Assembly: GCA_045805145.1 (NCBI GenBank)
Contig: JBJMLU010000130.1
Coordinates: 5,392-69,391, forward strand
Reading direction: 5' to 3'
DNA: 64,000 nt
Source of the DNA: Flavisolibacter sp.
GTDB lineage: Bacteria; Bacteroidota; Bacteroidia; Chitinophagales; Chitinophagaceae
Notes under the pieces: generated by a model
Database searches by the model: none
Seen by the model: the letters and a program-made list of their open reading frames with translations, nothing else
What the model was told of the DNA's origin: nothing
Shown: positions 20,226-29,370 of the stretch, piece by piece
How positions within the stretch are numbered: the stretch's first letter is position 1
Layout: every line of letters starts with the position of its first letter
Program-made: the position numbers and the translations under genes

Positions 20226-21114
20226 CTAAGTCAAACCAAATTGATACCTATGTCTTTCTAGATAAACCTGATTATACTCGCTTAACTTTCTTATTTGTTC
20301 ATCTCCTCTAATTCCGATCTTATTAAATGCTGTCATTTCTATTGAATCATGCAGCAAGATTTTACCCTTTTGATCAAAGCTTATAAGATGCTTATCAAAT
20401 AATGCGTCAAAATGTGGCGACAAGAGAATACCATTATGCACGTCCAGCCTTTCGTCACTGGTAGCGCCAGACCAGGGAACAATATGAGAGGCAATCAAAA
20501 CCTCCAGCTTATTAAAATCTGTAACCGCACACTTGTATTCCCATCGGTGAATAATGCTTTTCCGGTAAGCACCTTGTCCCACGCGAGAAGTAACCAAGCC
20601 TAATCGCTCCGTGATCGAAGGTTTCTTGTAATTCAAATATTCAGATGGGCCTTCTTCTACTTGTGTAAGTTCTACTGCAGAAGGAATATTGATTACGTGC
20701 ACGCCCAATCTTGTAAAAAAGAATTTGATGGCTTTTTCGAAGATTTCTATTTGCATCTGGTGCTTCGAAGTAGCCCATGTCATAGAACTGTAATTCTGTA
20801 ATAAATTTTACATACCCCTTCGATTGGTACTCGAACAGGAAAACTCTTTTGCCACTGTTGATGTGTTCCCGAAGCGCCAGGTTTCCCTTGGTAAACTTCA
20901 TATCTCCTTCTCGGCCTTCACCTGTATAACTAAATACATCGGGATTTTCCCAACCATCCTGATAACCATATTGCGTTCCGGTTTTTCCTGAAAAAATAAA
21001 TATGTAAGGAAACTGTGCACTGGGTGCAATTCCGCCCTGTCTTGTGCCTCCATACTGGTCATGGATATCCGACCTTTTGTAAACTTGTGTTGGTATGAAG
21101 GGCCACTGAGGCAT
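20226..21114 (-). pseudogene. SRA-like/HNH modification-dependent (type IV) restriction endonuclease, split by a 1-nt frameshift
   Basis: ORF 20641-21114 has YGGTRQGGI..YTGEGREGDMKFTKGN (ScoMcrA-type SRA-like). ORF 20226-20783 has RVGQGAYR..CAVT..LIASHIVPW..NGILLSPHFDALFD (HNH). Deleting one A of the A5 run (plus-strand T5 at 20733-20737) fuses them into 295 aa. Confidence 0.8.
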
Positions 21115-21686
21115 TGATTGTTATCGAATAAAAAGCAATATAATCAGTTGATCAATTGATTGGCCCCTCTGATAATTTAGATCATCCGCTTTCAACTGTA
21201 TCAACTATTCCGTTCCGTATCTGCTTCCGCCGTCTCCAATTTCAAGCGGTCACCGGATATGCCCTGTTCATTGATCAAGCAATCCGTGATCGTCTCCTAC
21301 AGTTTTTTGATCACTTCTCTCCTTTCCTTTATTCTAAAAAAATCCAAAACTCCAGAAAGTCCCTTCTCCCAGAACATTCATCGCATTTCAGCCCTGCTCG
21401 CAGGGAGAAAGAACCGTGAGTCGAACGGTCCTGGACTTTTTCATGGCGATTTAAGATAAAACTTTTCCGCTTTATGAAAAATTAGGATCCGAAGCGCTAC
21501 ATGCATCCAGTAGTCTTTAAAAACTACCAGAGAATAAATAAACCAGAAGTCTGGCAAAGATTCCTTTTCACGAAATCAATAATTCACTGGCCCATTCCTC
21601 CCTATTACACCACTTTTCCCAGCCGCCTTCAAAACCTTCTTTCACCATTAGAATTTGTTTCGAATTTTTCTATTTTGTGTGGGCTT

Positions 21687-24600
21687 ATGAGGCTTTGCAT
21701 CCTGATTTTATTGTTATCCGTCTCTATCATTTCTTTGGCCCAAAAAGAAACCACCCACTGGTTCTTCTCCGGTGACCAAGCTCTCATTACGCCCTCCGGC
21801 ATCAGCAATGCCAACCCTTCCGGCATCTCCCAACAATTTTATCCCGGAGCGGCCAGCACTTCGGTCTCCGATGCTGCAGGCAACCTGCTGTTCGCTGCCG
21901 ATGAAGCCACCATCATCGATCAAAACTATTCGGTCATGCCCGCACTGGTGAACAATAAATTGCAGGGCGGCTCTAAAGTTCTTTCCATCAAAATTCCAGG
22001 CTCGCAACGCTACTATGTTTTTTATGCCAACACCACGAGCTATTCTGCCAACAGCCAGTGGAACCTGAACTACGCCATCGTGGACCTTTCCCTGAATAAT
22101 GGCAAGGGTGATGTCACCATCTTCAATCAACTGATCGACAGCAATCTTTCGCGGGCCTTCACCCTGGTGCAATCAACGAACAGCGAAGATGCCTGGCTGG
22201 TCACACACCGCTGGGGAACCACCCAGTTTCTTTGCTACAAGATCACGAGCGCTGGTTTGAACAGCACGCCGGTCGCCTGCAACGCAGGCACGGTGGCCAC
22301 CACGGGAAATTATATTTTTGCAGACCTGAAAACTTCCCATGACGGGTCCATGATCGCCGGTCTCGCCTACCGCGATTACACCGTCTTCTTCGCCGAAACA
22401 CATGACTTTCTGGAAGTATTCAATTTTGATTTTGCCAGCGGAACCCTCACCAGCAAGGTCAGAACGCTTCGGGACGTCAGGTATTTCAACTCGCTTCAAT
22501 CCGTCGAGTTTTCTCCCGACAACCGCCTGTTGTATGCTGGCTTCATGACCCGTGTGGACGGACTCCAACCCTGCGGCTTCGGCGCAGGAAATATTTTCCA
22601 GTACAATTTATGTTACACCGATTCTGTCACCTTCACCCTAAACGCCATGGTGGTCGCTACCGACTTCCAGTTCTGTGGACCATCGGTATCCTGGGGCCGG
22701 CTGCAGATCGGCGCAGATAAAAAGATCTATGTTCCCTATACAGGAACCATGATCTCCCGGATCAACAATCCTAACAGAATTGGTAGCTCCTGTAATTTTG
22801 AATTCGATGCGCACCGCCTGCAAAATGGCAATTACGCCAACATGGTCACTCCGAATTTTCATCACAAGCTGGTGGAAAAGGCGGTAAAAAATAATATCAA
22901 TTATAAAGGCGGCTGCTTTCCCAATCCCACCAGTTTTTCTATCACCAACGACACCATTACTTCCGTTCAATGGGATTTTGGTGATCCTTCCAGCGCTTCC
23001 AATACATCAACCCTGCTCAACCCACAACACAGTTTCAGTCATCCAGGTGTCTTTACAGTGAAGGCAAATTTGTTCAATACCCTCGGAAGCCTAATCGATA
23101 CCCTATCGGAGCTTGTCGACATCAAGGACCCTGCCCTTCGCCTGCTGCATGAATATCCAAAGGACACGAGTTTTTGTTCGGGCAACAGCCTGCAGTTGAA
23201 ACTGCAGGTGGTAAATGGCATCTTCGTTTGGAAGACGCGATATGCCTGGGATGGACAACTTCATTACAACGCTACCGCCGACAACTTTTACATCAATGGC
23301 ACAGGAACCTATGTCGTGGAGCTCCACCAGAACGATTGTGAGGGTTGTACCCTCATTGATTCCATTCATGTGACAGTACTACCGGTTCCTGTTGCCAACC
23401 TGGGTTACGACCGCAACCTATGCACCGGTGATTCGCTGGAGCTGAAATTTTTTGATACGTCCGCCAGATACATATGGAGCACAGGCGATACATCGATGGG
23501 GATTTGGGTTCACCAGGGCGGAAGCTATTGTGTGCAAGCGGAAATCGACCACAATGGATGTCCCAAACGGGATACGATCGTGATCAACTCTGTTCCCGGC
23601 GTTCATTTTTCATTGCCCAATGATACCACCTTATGCAACAACTCCAGTTTGCGGCTAGACCCCGGCGTTAATAACGCCGGTTATTCCTGGCAAAACGGAT
23701 CGGCACAAAACTTCTTCACGGTCACGAAGCCCGGAACCTATTGGGTGCAGATCACCAATTCCAATTTTTGCAAGGCTTCTGATACCATCCATGTGTCCTA
23801 CGTGAATGCACAACAGGTTTTTCTGGGGAACGATACCACTTTGTGCCTCGGTGATTCATTGCTTCTGCAAACCAGTGTGGACCATGCACACTATTTATGG
23901 AGTTCGGGGAGCACCGATAGTTTACTGATAGTCCATCAAACCGGAACGTACTGGATCTATGTGGACAATGGCAGTTGTGCGGTGAACGACAGCATCAATA
24001 TAAGTTTCCATCCACCACCTTCCGTTCAACTCGGAGCGGATACGCTCTTGTGCCAGGGATCCTCACTCACACTAAAGATGCCTTTACCTAATTCAACTTA
24101 TTTGTGGAGCAATGGTTCATCAACAGACTCCTTACCGGTAAACAGCGCAGGACTTTACTGGTTACAAGTAAACCAGGCAGGGTGCAAGGCCAGGGATAGT
24201 ATCCAGATAAACTATCAACCCAGGCCTCTGCTGAACCTGGGTAAGGACACCTCGCTTTGCAGCAACAGCAGTCTCGCCCTGAATGTGTATCAACCATCCA
24301 TCACCGCCTATCTCTGGCAGGATGGAAGCATTCAGTCCAATTACCTCGTAACAAAAAGTGGATGGTACTGGGTTCAGGTCCGGGGAAACAATGGCTGTAC
24401 CAATAGGGACAGTCTGCTCGTTCAATCCCTTCCCTTGCCTTCGTTCAGTCTCGGACAGGATACAATACTATGTGAAGGAGATACCAGATCCTATCAGTTC
24501 AATTTGTCCAACGCTGCTTATCTGTGGAGCAACAACAGCACGTCCAATTCCATGGTGATCCATCAGTCGGGGCTCTATTGGTTAGACGTCATGCAGAATG

Positions 24601-25331
24601 GTTGTGAAAGAAAAGACAGTGTGCTGATTTCTTACAAGCCGATGCCAGTTGTGTCCCTGGGAAATGATACTACCTTATGCGAAGGTCAGACAGTGATGTT
24701 AAACGCGTTTAGTGCAGGTGCCAGTTACAATTGGGACAATGGAGCAACTGCTCCTTCTATCACCGCCGACCATCCTGGAACATATTCTGTGGTTGTGGAC
24801 CTTAATGGATGCCGTACAAAAGACAACATCCAGGTTTCTTATCTCTACCTGCCGCGATTTTCTTTGGGCGCTGACACCAGTTTGTGCAAAGGACAAAGTC
24901 TTGTCTTGAAGCCAGGTGTCACTGGCGTTGGTTATCTATGGCAGGATGGATCTACCAGTTCCAGCTATATGGTTCAACAACCCGGTATCTACTCGCTAAC
25001 GCTCACCAACAGCTGCGGTTCGGTGGCGCACACCATGCACGTCATCGAAGGCCTTTGTTCTTTGTACATGCCCAGCGCCTTTACACCGAATCAGGATGGA
25101 TTGAACGATGTGTTCCGCGTGCGGTATCCCCAGTTCATCAAAACCTTTCGGATGCAGGTCTTCAACCGCTGGGGACAGTTGGTCTTCAGTACCACCAACC
25201 CTTATTCGGGCTGGGATGGAAGTTATGCAGGTCTGATGCAGCCAACGGCAAATTATATTTGGATGATCACCCTAACAGATCTCGATGGGCACAACGCCCG
25301 CTACCGGGGAAGCGTATTGTTGATCCATTAA
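21687..25331 (+). CDS. T9SS type B cargo protein with PKD domain and Ig-like repeats
   Basis: Signal MRLCILILLLSVSIISLA-Q, WDFGDP..NPQHSFSHPG PKD, repeated LGxDTxLC units, C-terminal MPSAFTPNQDGLNDVF..FNRWG..GWDG. Confidence 0.9.
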   Translation: MRLCILILLLSVSIISLAQKETTHWFFSGDQALITPSGISNANPSGISQQFYPGAASTSVSDAAGNLLFAADEATIIDQNYSVMPALVNNKLQGGSKVLSIKIPGSQRYYVFYANTTSYSANSQWNLNYAIVDLSLNNGKGDVTIFNQLIDSNLSRAFTLVQSTNSEDAWLVTHRWGTTQFLCYKITSAGLNSTPVACNAGTVATTGNYIFADLKTSHDGSMIAGLAYRDYTVFFAETHDFLEVFNFDFASGTLTSKVRTLRDVRYFNSLQSVEFSPDNRLLYAGFMTRVDGLQPCGFGAGNIFQYNLCYTDSVTFTLNAMVVATDFQFCGPSVSWGRLQIGADKKIYVPYTGTMISRINNPNRIGSSCNFEFDAHRLQNGNYANMVTPNFHHKLVEKAVKNNINYKGGCFPNPTSFSITNDTITSVQWDFGDPSSASNTSTLLNPQHSFSHPGVFTVKANLFNTLGSLIDTLSELVDIKDPALRLLHEYPKDTSFCSGNSLQLKLQVVNGIFVWKTRYAWDGQLHYNATADNFYINGTGTYVVELHQNDCEGCTLIDSIHVTVLPVPVANLGYDRNLCTGDSLELKFFDTSARYIWSTGDTSMGIWVHQGGSYCVQAEIDHNGCPKRDTIVINSVPGVHFSLPNDTTLCNNSSLRLDPGVNNAGYSWQNGSAQNFFTVTKPGTYWVQITNSNFCKASDTIHVSYVNAQQVFLGNDTTLCLGDSLLLQTSVDHAHYLWSSGSTDSLLIVHQTGTYWIYVDNGSCAVNDSINISFHPPPSVQLGADTLLCQGSSLTLKMPLPNSTYLWSNGSSTDSLPVNSAGLYWLQVNQAGCKARDSIQINYQPRPLLNLGKDTSLCSNSSLALNVYQPSITAYLWQDGSIQSNYLVTKSGWYWVQVRGNNGCTNRDSLLVQSLPLPSFSLGQDTILCEGDTRSYQFNLSNAAYLWSNNSTSNSMVIHQSGLYWLDVMQNGCERKDSVLISYKPMPVVSLGNDTTLCEGQTVMLNAFSAGASYNWDNGATAPSITADHPGTYSVVVDLNGCRTKDNIQVSYLYLPRFSLGADTSLCKGQSLVLKPGVTGVGYLWQDGSTSSSYMVQQPGIYSLTLTNSCGSVAHTMHVIEGLCSLYMPSAFTPNQDGLNDVFRVRYPQFIKTFRMQVFNRWGQLVFSTTNPYSGWDGSYAGLMQPTANYIWMITLTDLDGHNARYRGSVLLIH

Positions 25332-25500
25332 GCAACGGTGAATCACTCATGCAGACCAATCGATCTATATTTTTCAATACTGGTGCGGCTTCAAAAAAAA
25401 TTGACGGACAATGTTCATGATTTTTTTTGAAAGAACAATCAAAGTGGGATGTTGAACCACTAAAAGATCTTGCTCTTATTGAAACAGAATTTTCAGAGGT

Positions 25501-25530
25501 CAAAAAAAATGCCCCCAACTGGGGGCACTT
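25501..25530 (-). terminator. Intrinsic terminator after the small membrane ORF
   Basis: Minus strand GTGCCCCC-AGTT-GGGGGCAT hairpin followed by a T run, 5 nt after the stop at 25535. Confidence 0.75.
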
Positions 25531-25534
25531 CTGT

Positions 25535-25657
25535 TTATGAAAGCGAATCCATTTTTTTCTCCGCTCTTTTTTGGTCCCGCCTGTGCACCCACATCAGCAG
25601 CAGGATTGCTCCTGTTAGTATGCCCAGCACAATGAGGGCCGTAATGATCGTAGCCAT
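25535..25657 (-). CDS. 40-aa small single-TM protein (not in ORF track)
   Basis: MATIITALIVLGILTGAILLLMWVHRRDQKRAEKKMDSLS*. Hydrophobic helix, basic tail, AT-rich upstream sequence and its own terminator. Confidence 0.55.
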   Translation of the reverse strand: MATIITALIVLGILTGAILLLMWVHRRDQKRAEKKMDSLS

Positions 25658-25715
25658 AAAAAATTTTTGATGATAAAATCGCCTTGCGGCAAATGAAACT
25701 CAAAGAGGACAACGA

Positions 25716-26042
25716 TCACCAGAACTGATGGAAAGGATAATTATATGTAAGGTATCTCTTGCAGGAATAAATACATTGATGCCTGACCTTTATATTGTTT
25801 GTATACAGCCTGCGCATGTGGAGGGCCAACCCGCCTGCCATGTCAAGCGATGCCACCGGATGCCGAACCTTGCCTTGAGGAAGCGAAGCTGGGTGCATCC
25901 ATTCGATTGATGAAAAAAGCTGACCTACTTCTGGCTTCGATGATGTGATGACGATCTCAGCGCTGTGAAAGCCCGATCCTCGCGCGCTCACATCGGGAGA
26001 GGCCATCAAAAAAGAAATGAATAAAAGAAAGGTCAGACGCAT
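25716..26042 (-). CDS. Small hypothetical protein ending YPFHQFW
   Basis: From ATG 26042: signal-like MRLTFLLFISFLMASPDVSA. Lies in the same-strand run between the lipoprotein and the 40-aa ORF. Confidence 0.5.
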   Translation of the reverse strand: MRLTFLLFISFLMASPDVSARGSGFHSAEIVITSSKPEVGQLFSSIEWMHPASLPQGKVRHPVASLDMAGGLALHMRRLYTNNIKVRHQCIYSCKRYLTYNYPFHQFW

Positions 26043-26307
26043 TTTCACGAAGATAGGTCCCGGAAATCCCTGGTGATTCAACTTAACAGTTTGATGGGTT
26101 TTAGTCAGGCTGTTGGCCATCGCCGATTCAACAAGCATTTTAATGCAATTCTCTGCCTCCACTGCGAAGTTCCTTGCGGTTAAACCGTTTTTGTTCCCGG
26201 TAGCATTGAGTTCCCAGATGCCATCAACCATTGAAAAATATTCGCCGCGCCCTATGAAACAAATGATATGGAGTTATGAAAATACAACCAACGTGACGCT
26301 TTCCACA

Positions 26308-27741
26308 TCACATGGGCGTAACAAGAATATAGGTAAAGGAGCTAAATGCTCCTTCTGTCAACAGATAGGCCCTTCTTTGATTCAACCACAATTTAAACTG
26401 GGTGGGAATACCAAAGCCCGACATGGGCCTGGGTGGGTTGTTGACAAAAATACTTCCATCAGCTCCCTTCATTAGCCAGCCCGGATAGTTTGTTTTTTCA
26501 TGCGTGACATTGAACTGAATAATGGAATCAGCAGGCATGGCCGGTGTATATTCCAGTTTCACATCTGTAATATTTGTTTCTCCATAAGGATCTGCGATCC
26601 AGCTAAACGTCTCCGTATGGTAAGTCTTTACAGCTGGTGTTACAGTGGGCGCTCCATTTTTGATGTTGGATGCCGTGGCGACAATAGGAGTTGACATTTT
26701 CACAGCCAGGTCAAAACTCGCTGTGTCCAAATAAGCAGGTATATCCGGAATGCCGCCAAACCCTGATAAGGTACTGTCTACCACGCGTACCAAAACATGA
26801 TAGCTATAAGTTGTGTCTGGCCTTAAGGTAATATCAATACCTCGCTCAATGCTGTTTAGATGGCTGACATTTATTCCCTTCTTCCAAATGTTTTGTTGAA
26901 TGTCCATCCTTACTGTAATGCGTACATCTTTTTCATGGTCGATTTGATCGGGCGCCCGGTAAATCACTTTATTCCCCTGTCGTATAATTTTACCTAATGC
27001 ATCGGAGCCATTTTCCAGTCCATTTACCATCCAGGATTTTTGCGCGCTGGCAGGAATTTCGGTTAACTGTGTTAGCGCTCCGAATCCTTCACCTCCTGTA
27101 CCTGGCAATAAAGTTTCGCTCTCTATACTTATCTGGCTGGTCTCCCTGGCATGGAGGCTGCCCTTATCGGCGCTGAGTCGGATTGCAGCCCCAAAAACAT
27201 AAGGTGTAAAATGACTGATGCCCAGGCTCACTGTTTTTGCAATGGAATCAAAATCCCGGTCATGCATATCCGCTATCCATTTTCCTGAATTGTCCTGATA
27301 GGCGATGTAGAGAAAATACGGGAGGTTATCCGGTAGTTCTTCCTTTGCATAATGAAAACGAAGCATGGCCGGTTTACTGAATGTAGTTCCGTTGGGCAAC
27401 AGGTCGTAACCCAATCCGGCTCCGCCCGGCGCATTATTGGTGATGGGTTGAATGGTGATGTTCGTATTGTTCGCGAGGGCACCGGAAGGAATGTCCAGAT
27501 GCACCCTGCCATCGGGAGATTCAATGAACCCGCCTGCAGGTCCGATATTCTTGCTCACCGGATTGCCCACTGGCGTGCCCGGGGAAGTAATCATGGCTTG
27601 CACATTCGGTGGGATATTATTCTGATTATTGTTTGTTGCATCATTTTTTTTGCATCCGGTTAAAACAAGGATCAATGCGATGATCAGGATCAGCGCCGAT
27701 TGCAACAGTGGCTTGAGTGGTTTGGAAAAATTGTCTGACAT
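26308..27741 (-). CDS. Lipoprotein with ZU5-like N-terminal domain
   Basis: Lipobox ILVLTG-C. IGPAGGFIESPDGRVHLDIPSGAL..ITIQPITN..YDLLPNGTTFSKP..ISHFT pattern. Confidence 0.8.
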   Translation of the reverse strand: MSDNFSKPLKPLLQSALILIIALILVLTGCKKNDATNNNQNNIPPNVQAMITSPGTPVGNPVSKNIGPAGGFIESPDGRVHLDIPSGALANNTNITIQPITNNAPGGAGLGYDLLPNGTTFSKPAMLRFHYAKEELPDNLPYFLYIAYQDNSGKWIADMHDRDFDSIAKTVSLGISHFTPYVFGAAIRLSADKGSLHARETSQISIESETLLPGTGGEGFGALTQLTEIPASAQKSWMVNGLENGSDALGKIIRQGNKVIYRAPDQIDHEKDVRITVRMDIQQNIWKKGINVSHLNSIERGIDITLRPDTTYSYHVLVRVVDSTLSGFGGIPDIPAYLDTASFDLAVKMSTPIVATASNIKNGAPTVTPAVKTYHTETFSWIADPYGETNITDVKLEYTPAMPADSIIQFNVTHEKTNYPGWLMKGADGSIFVNNPPRPMSGFGIPTQFKLWLNQRRAYLLTEGAFSSFTYILVTPM

Positions 27742-27880
27742 AAAAAATAATTCAGTGCAGAATAAGTAAACTTCATTATCAAAGTATCGTTCAATGGCCT
27801 GCTAATCTATTTTGAAAGAAGATGCAAGTCAATAGTATGAAAGTTAGGGCCGTAATTGTACGGCAGTGGAATGTGAAAGA

Positions 27881-28544
27881 AAAGCTGCGAGCTGCGGCTA
27901 CGAGAGCTGATGGCTGATAGCTGTTGGCTGATGGCTTTTTGTTGGGAGTAGCCTGTGGTGCAGACATTGTTGGGCATAGTGTGTTCTTATTGAAGGTGGT
28001 TTATTATTTGGGGGAGAAGTTTTTTTGGAAGAGTTTTTTTTGGAAGAGTTTTTTTTGGACCCTGTTTTTTTGCCTTCATCTGTATTATGAAGCGGTCTTA
28101 GTCCTGATGCTCGCTTCGCTTGCAAGGAGATTGCCGCGCTGCGCTCGCAATGACGACTAAACTACGATGCTCACTACGGGTTTCAACCTTGCCACATAAT
28201 TAGAGGTGTTACTTTATAATTTAGAGTATGTACTTACGCAAATACTCAATTAGTATGATCGAAACAGTAATGCATTTTCGATTTGGCGTCATTGCGAGCG
28301 TAGCGCGGCAATCTCCTTGCAAGCGAAGCGAGCATCAGGTCTAAGACCGCTTCATAGTACAGATGAAGGCAAATAAACAGAGTCCAAAAAAAACCACATT
28401 GCCAAAAACCTCTTCCAAAAAATAAGCAACCTCAAAAAATCATCCTATGCCCACCAATGTCTGCGCTGCAGGCTACTTCCAACAAAAAGCCATCAGCCAA
28501 CAGCTATCAGCCATCAGCTCTCATAGATCACAGCTCGCAGCTTT
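27881..28544. repeat. 664-bp nested palindrome, arms 27881-28155 and 28287-28544
   Basis: Arms are reverse complements over an outer GCTGAT(G/A) heptamer module, a diverged T-rich middle, and an inner CTGATGCTCGCTTCGCTTGCAAGGAGATTGCCGCGCT(G/A)CGCTCGCAATGACG module. Confidence 0.92.
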
Positions 28545-28547
28545 CCC

Positions 28548-29174
28548 CTATTTCCCCATTGCTTTATTAATGGCTTCTGTTCTGTTTTGAACATGCAGCT
28601 TATCGTAGATCTTATGTATGTGCTGGCGCACGGTACTTACAGAAATTGTGAGTTGGTCAGCAATCTCTTTATATAATAATCCTTTGGAGAGGTGGTAAAG
28701 AATTTCGTTTTCACGCACACTCAGAGTTTCCATTTCTGCTACGTTTTTTTCTTTTTCACGGAACATGGTCACGAGCTTGCGGGCGATATTGGCACTCATG
28801 GGAGAACCACCGTTGTGTAATTCCTTCACAGCCTCAATGAGCTGCATCAGTCCTGTATTTTTCAGTAGATAACCCGACGCACCGGCCTTGAGCGCTTCAA
28901 AAACTTTTTCATCATTCTCATATACTGTGAACATCATGAACTGGGTTCTGGGAACCTTGCTTTTTACCTGGCGGATGCACTCGATGCCATTGATGCCGGG
29001 AAGATTAATGTCCATGATGACGATATCAGGCTTGAGTGCGGGTAAATCGCAAATCGCTTCTTCTGCAGTCTTGAATGTATCAAGCACTTTAAATTCGGGA
29101 TTCAGGGAAAGAAAACGGTTCAATCCTTCTCTTACTTCATCAAGATCTTCCACTATCGTTAGTGTTATTCCCAT
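28548..29174 (-). CDS. NarL/LuxR family response regulator
   Basis: REC domain (IVEDL, PDIVIMDINLPG, GASGYLLK) and LuxR HTH (LSVRENEIL..YKEIADQL..IHKIYDKLHV). Confidence 0.95.
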   Translation of the reverse strand: MGITLTIVEDLDEVREGLNRFLSLNPEFKVLDTFKTAEEAICDLPALKPDIVIMDINLPGINGIECIRQVKSKVPRTQFMMFTVYENDEKVFEALKAGASGYLLKNTGLMQLIEAVKELHNGGSPMSANIARKLVTMFREKEKNVAEMETLSVRENEILYHLSKGLLYKEIADQLTISVSTVRQHIHKIYDKLHVQNRTEAINKAMGK

Positions 29175-29256
29175 GTGCCTTACCGAATGTAGGCTCTCAG
29201 AGCCTTGTGATCAATAGAACGAAAGTTATTTGCTTCCACAACAGGCGGAAGCTGTT

Positions 29257-29370
29257 TATAGTTTATGGTTTGTGATTTCTGGTTGTTTAGATCGAAGAAG
29301 TCTATGGACATGGTGTAGTTATTAAAGTTGATCGATCTAAAAAACCAGAAACCATAAATTATAAACTATA
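29257..29370. repeat. Heptamer-built inverted repeat, arms 29257-29295 and 29332-29370
   Basis: TATAGTTTATGGTTTGTGATTTCTGGTTGTTTAGATCGA versus TCGATCTAAAAAACCAGAAACCATAAATTATAAACTATA. The right arm contains the kinase stop codon. Confidence 0.75.

Noticed and set aside
21205-21300. Minus-strand peptide ITDCLINEQGISGDRL resembling an OmpA C-terminal fragment
   Set aside because: About 15 residues with an in-frame stop just upstream; too weak to call.
27898-28160. Lys/Ser-rich and Phe/Trp-rich ORFs (KKNSSKK, KSFFW)
   Set aside because: By-products of the T-rich tandem module in the palindrome arm.
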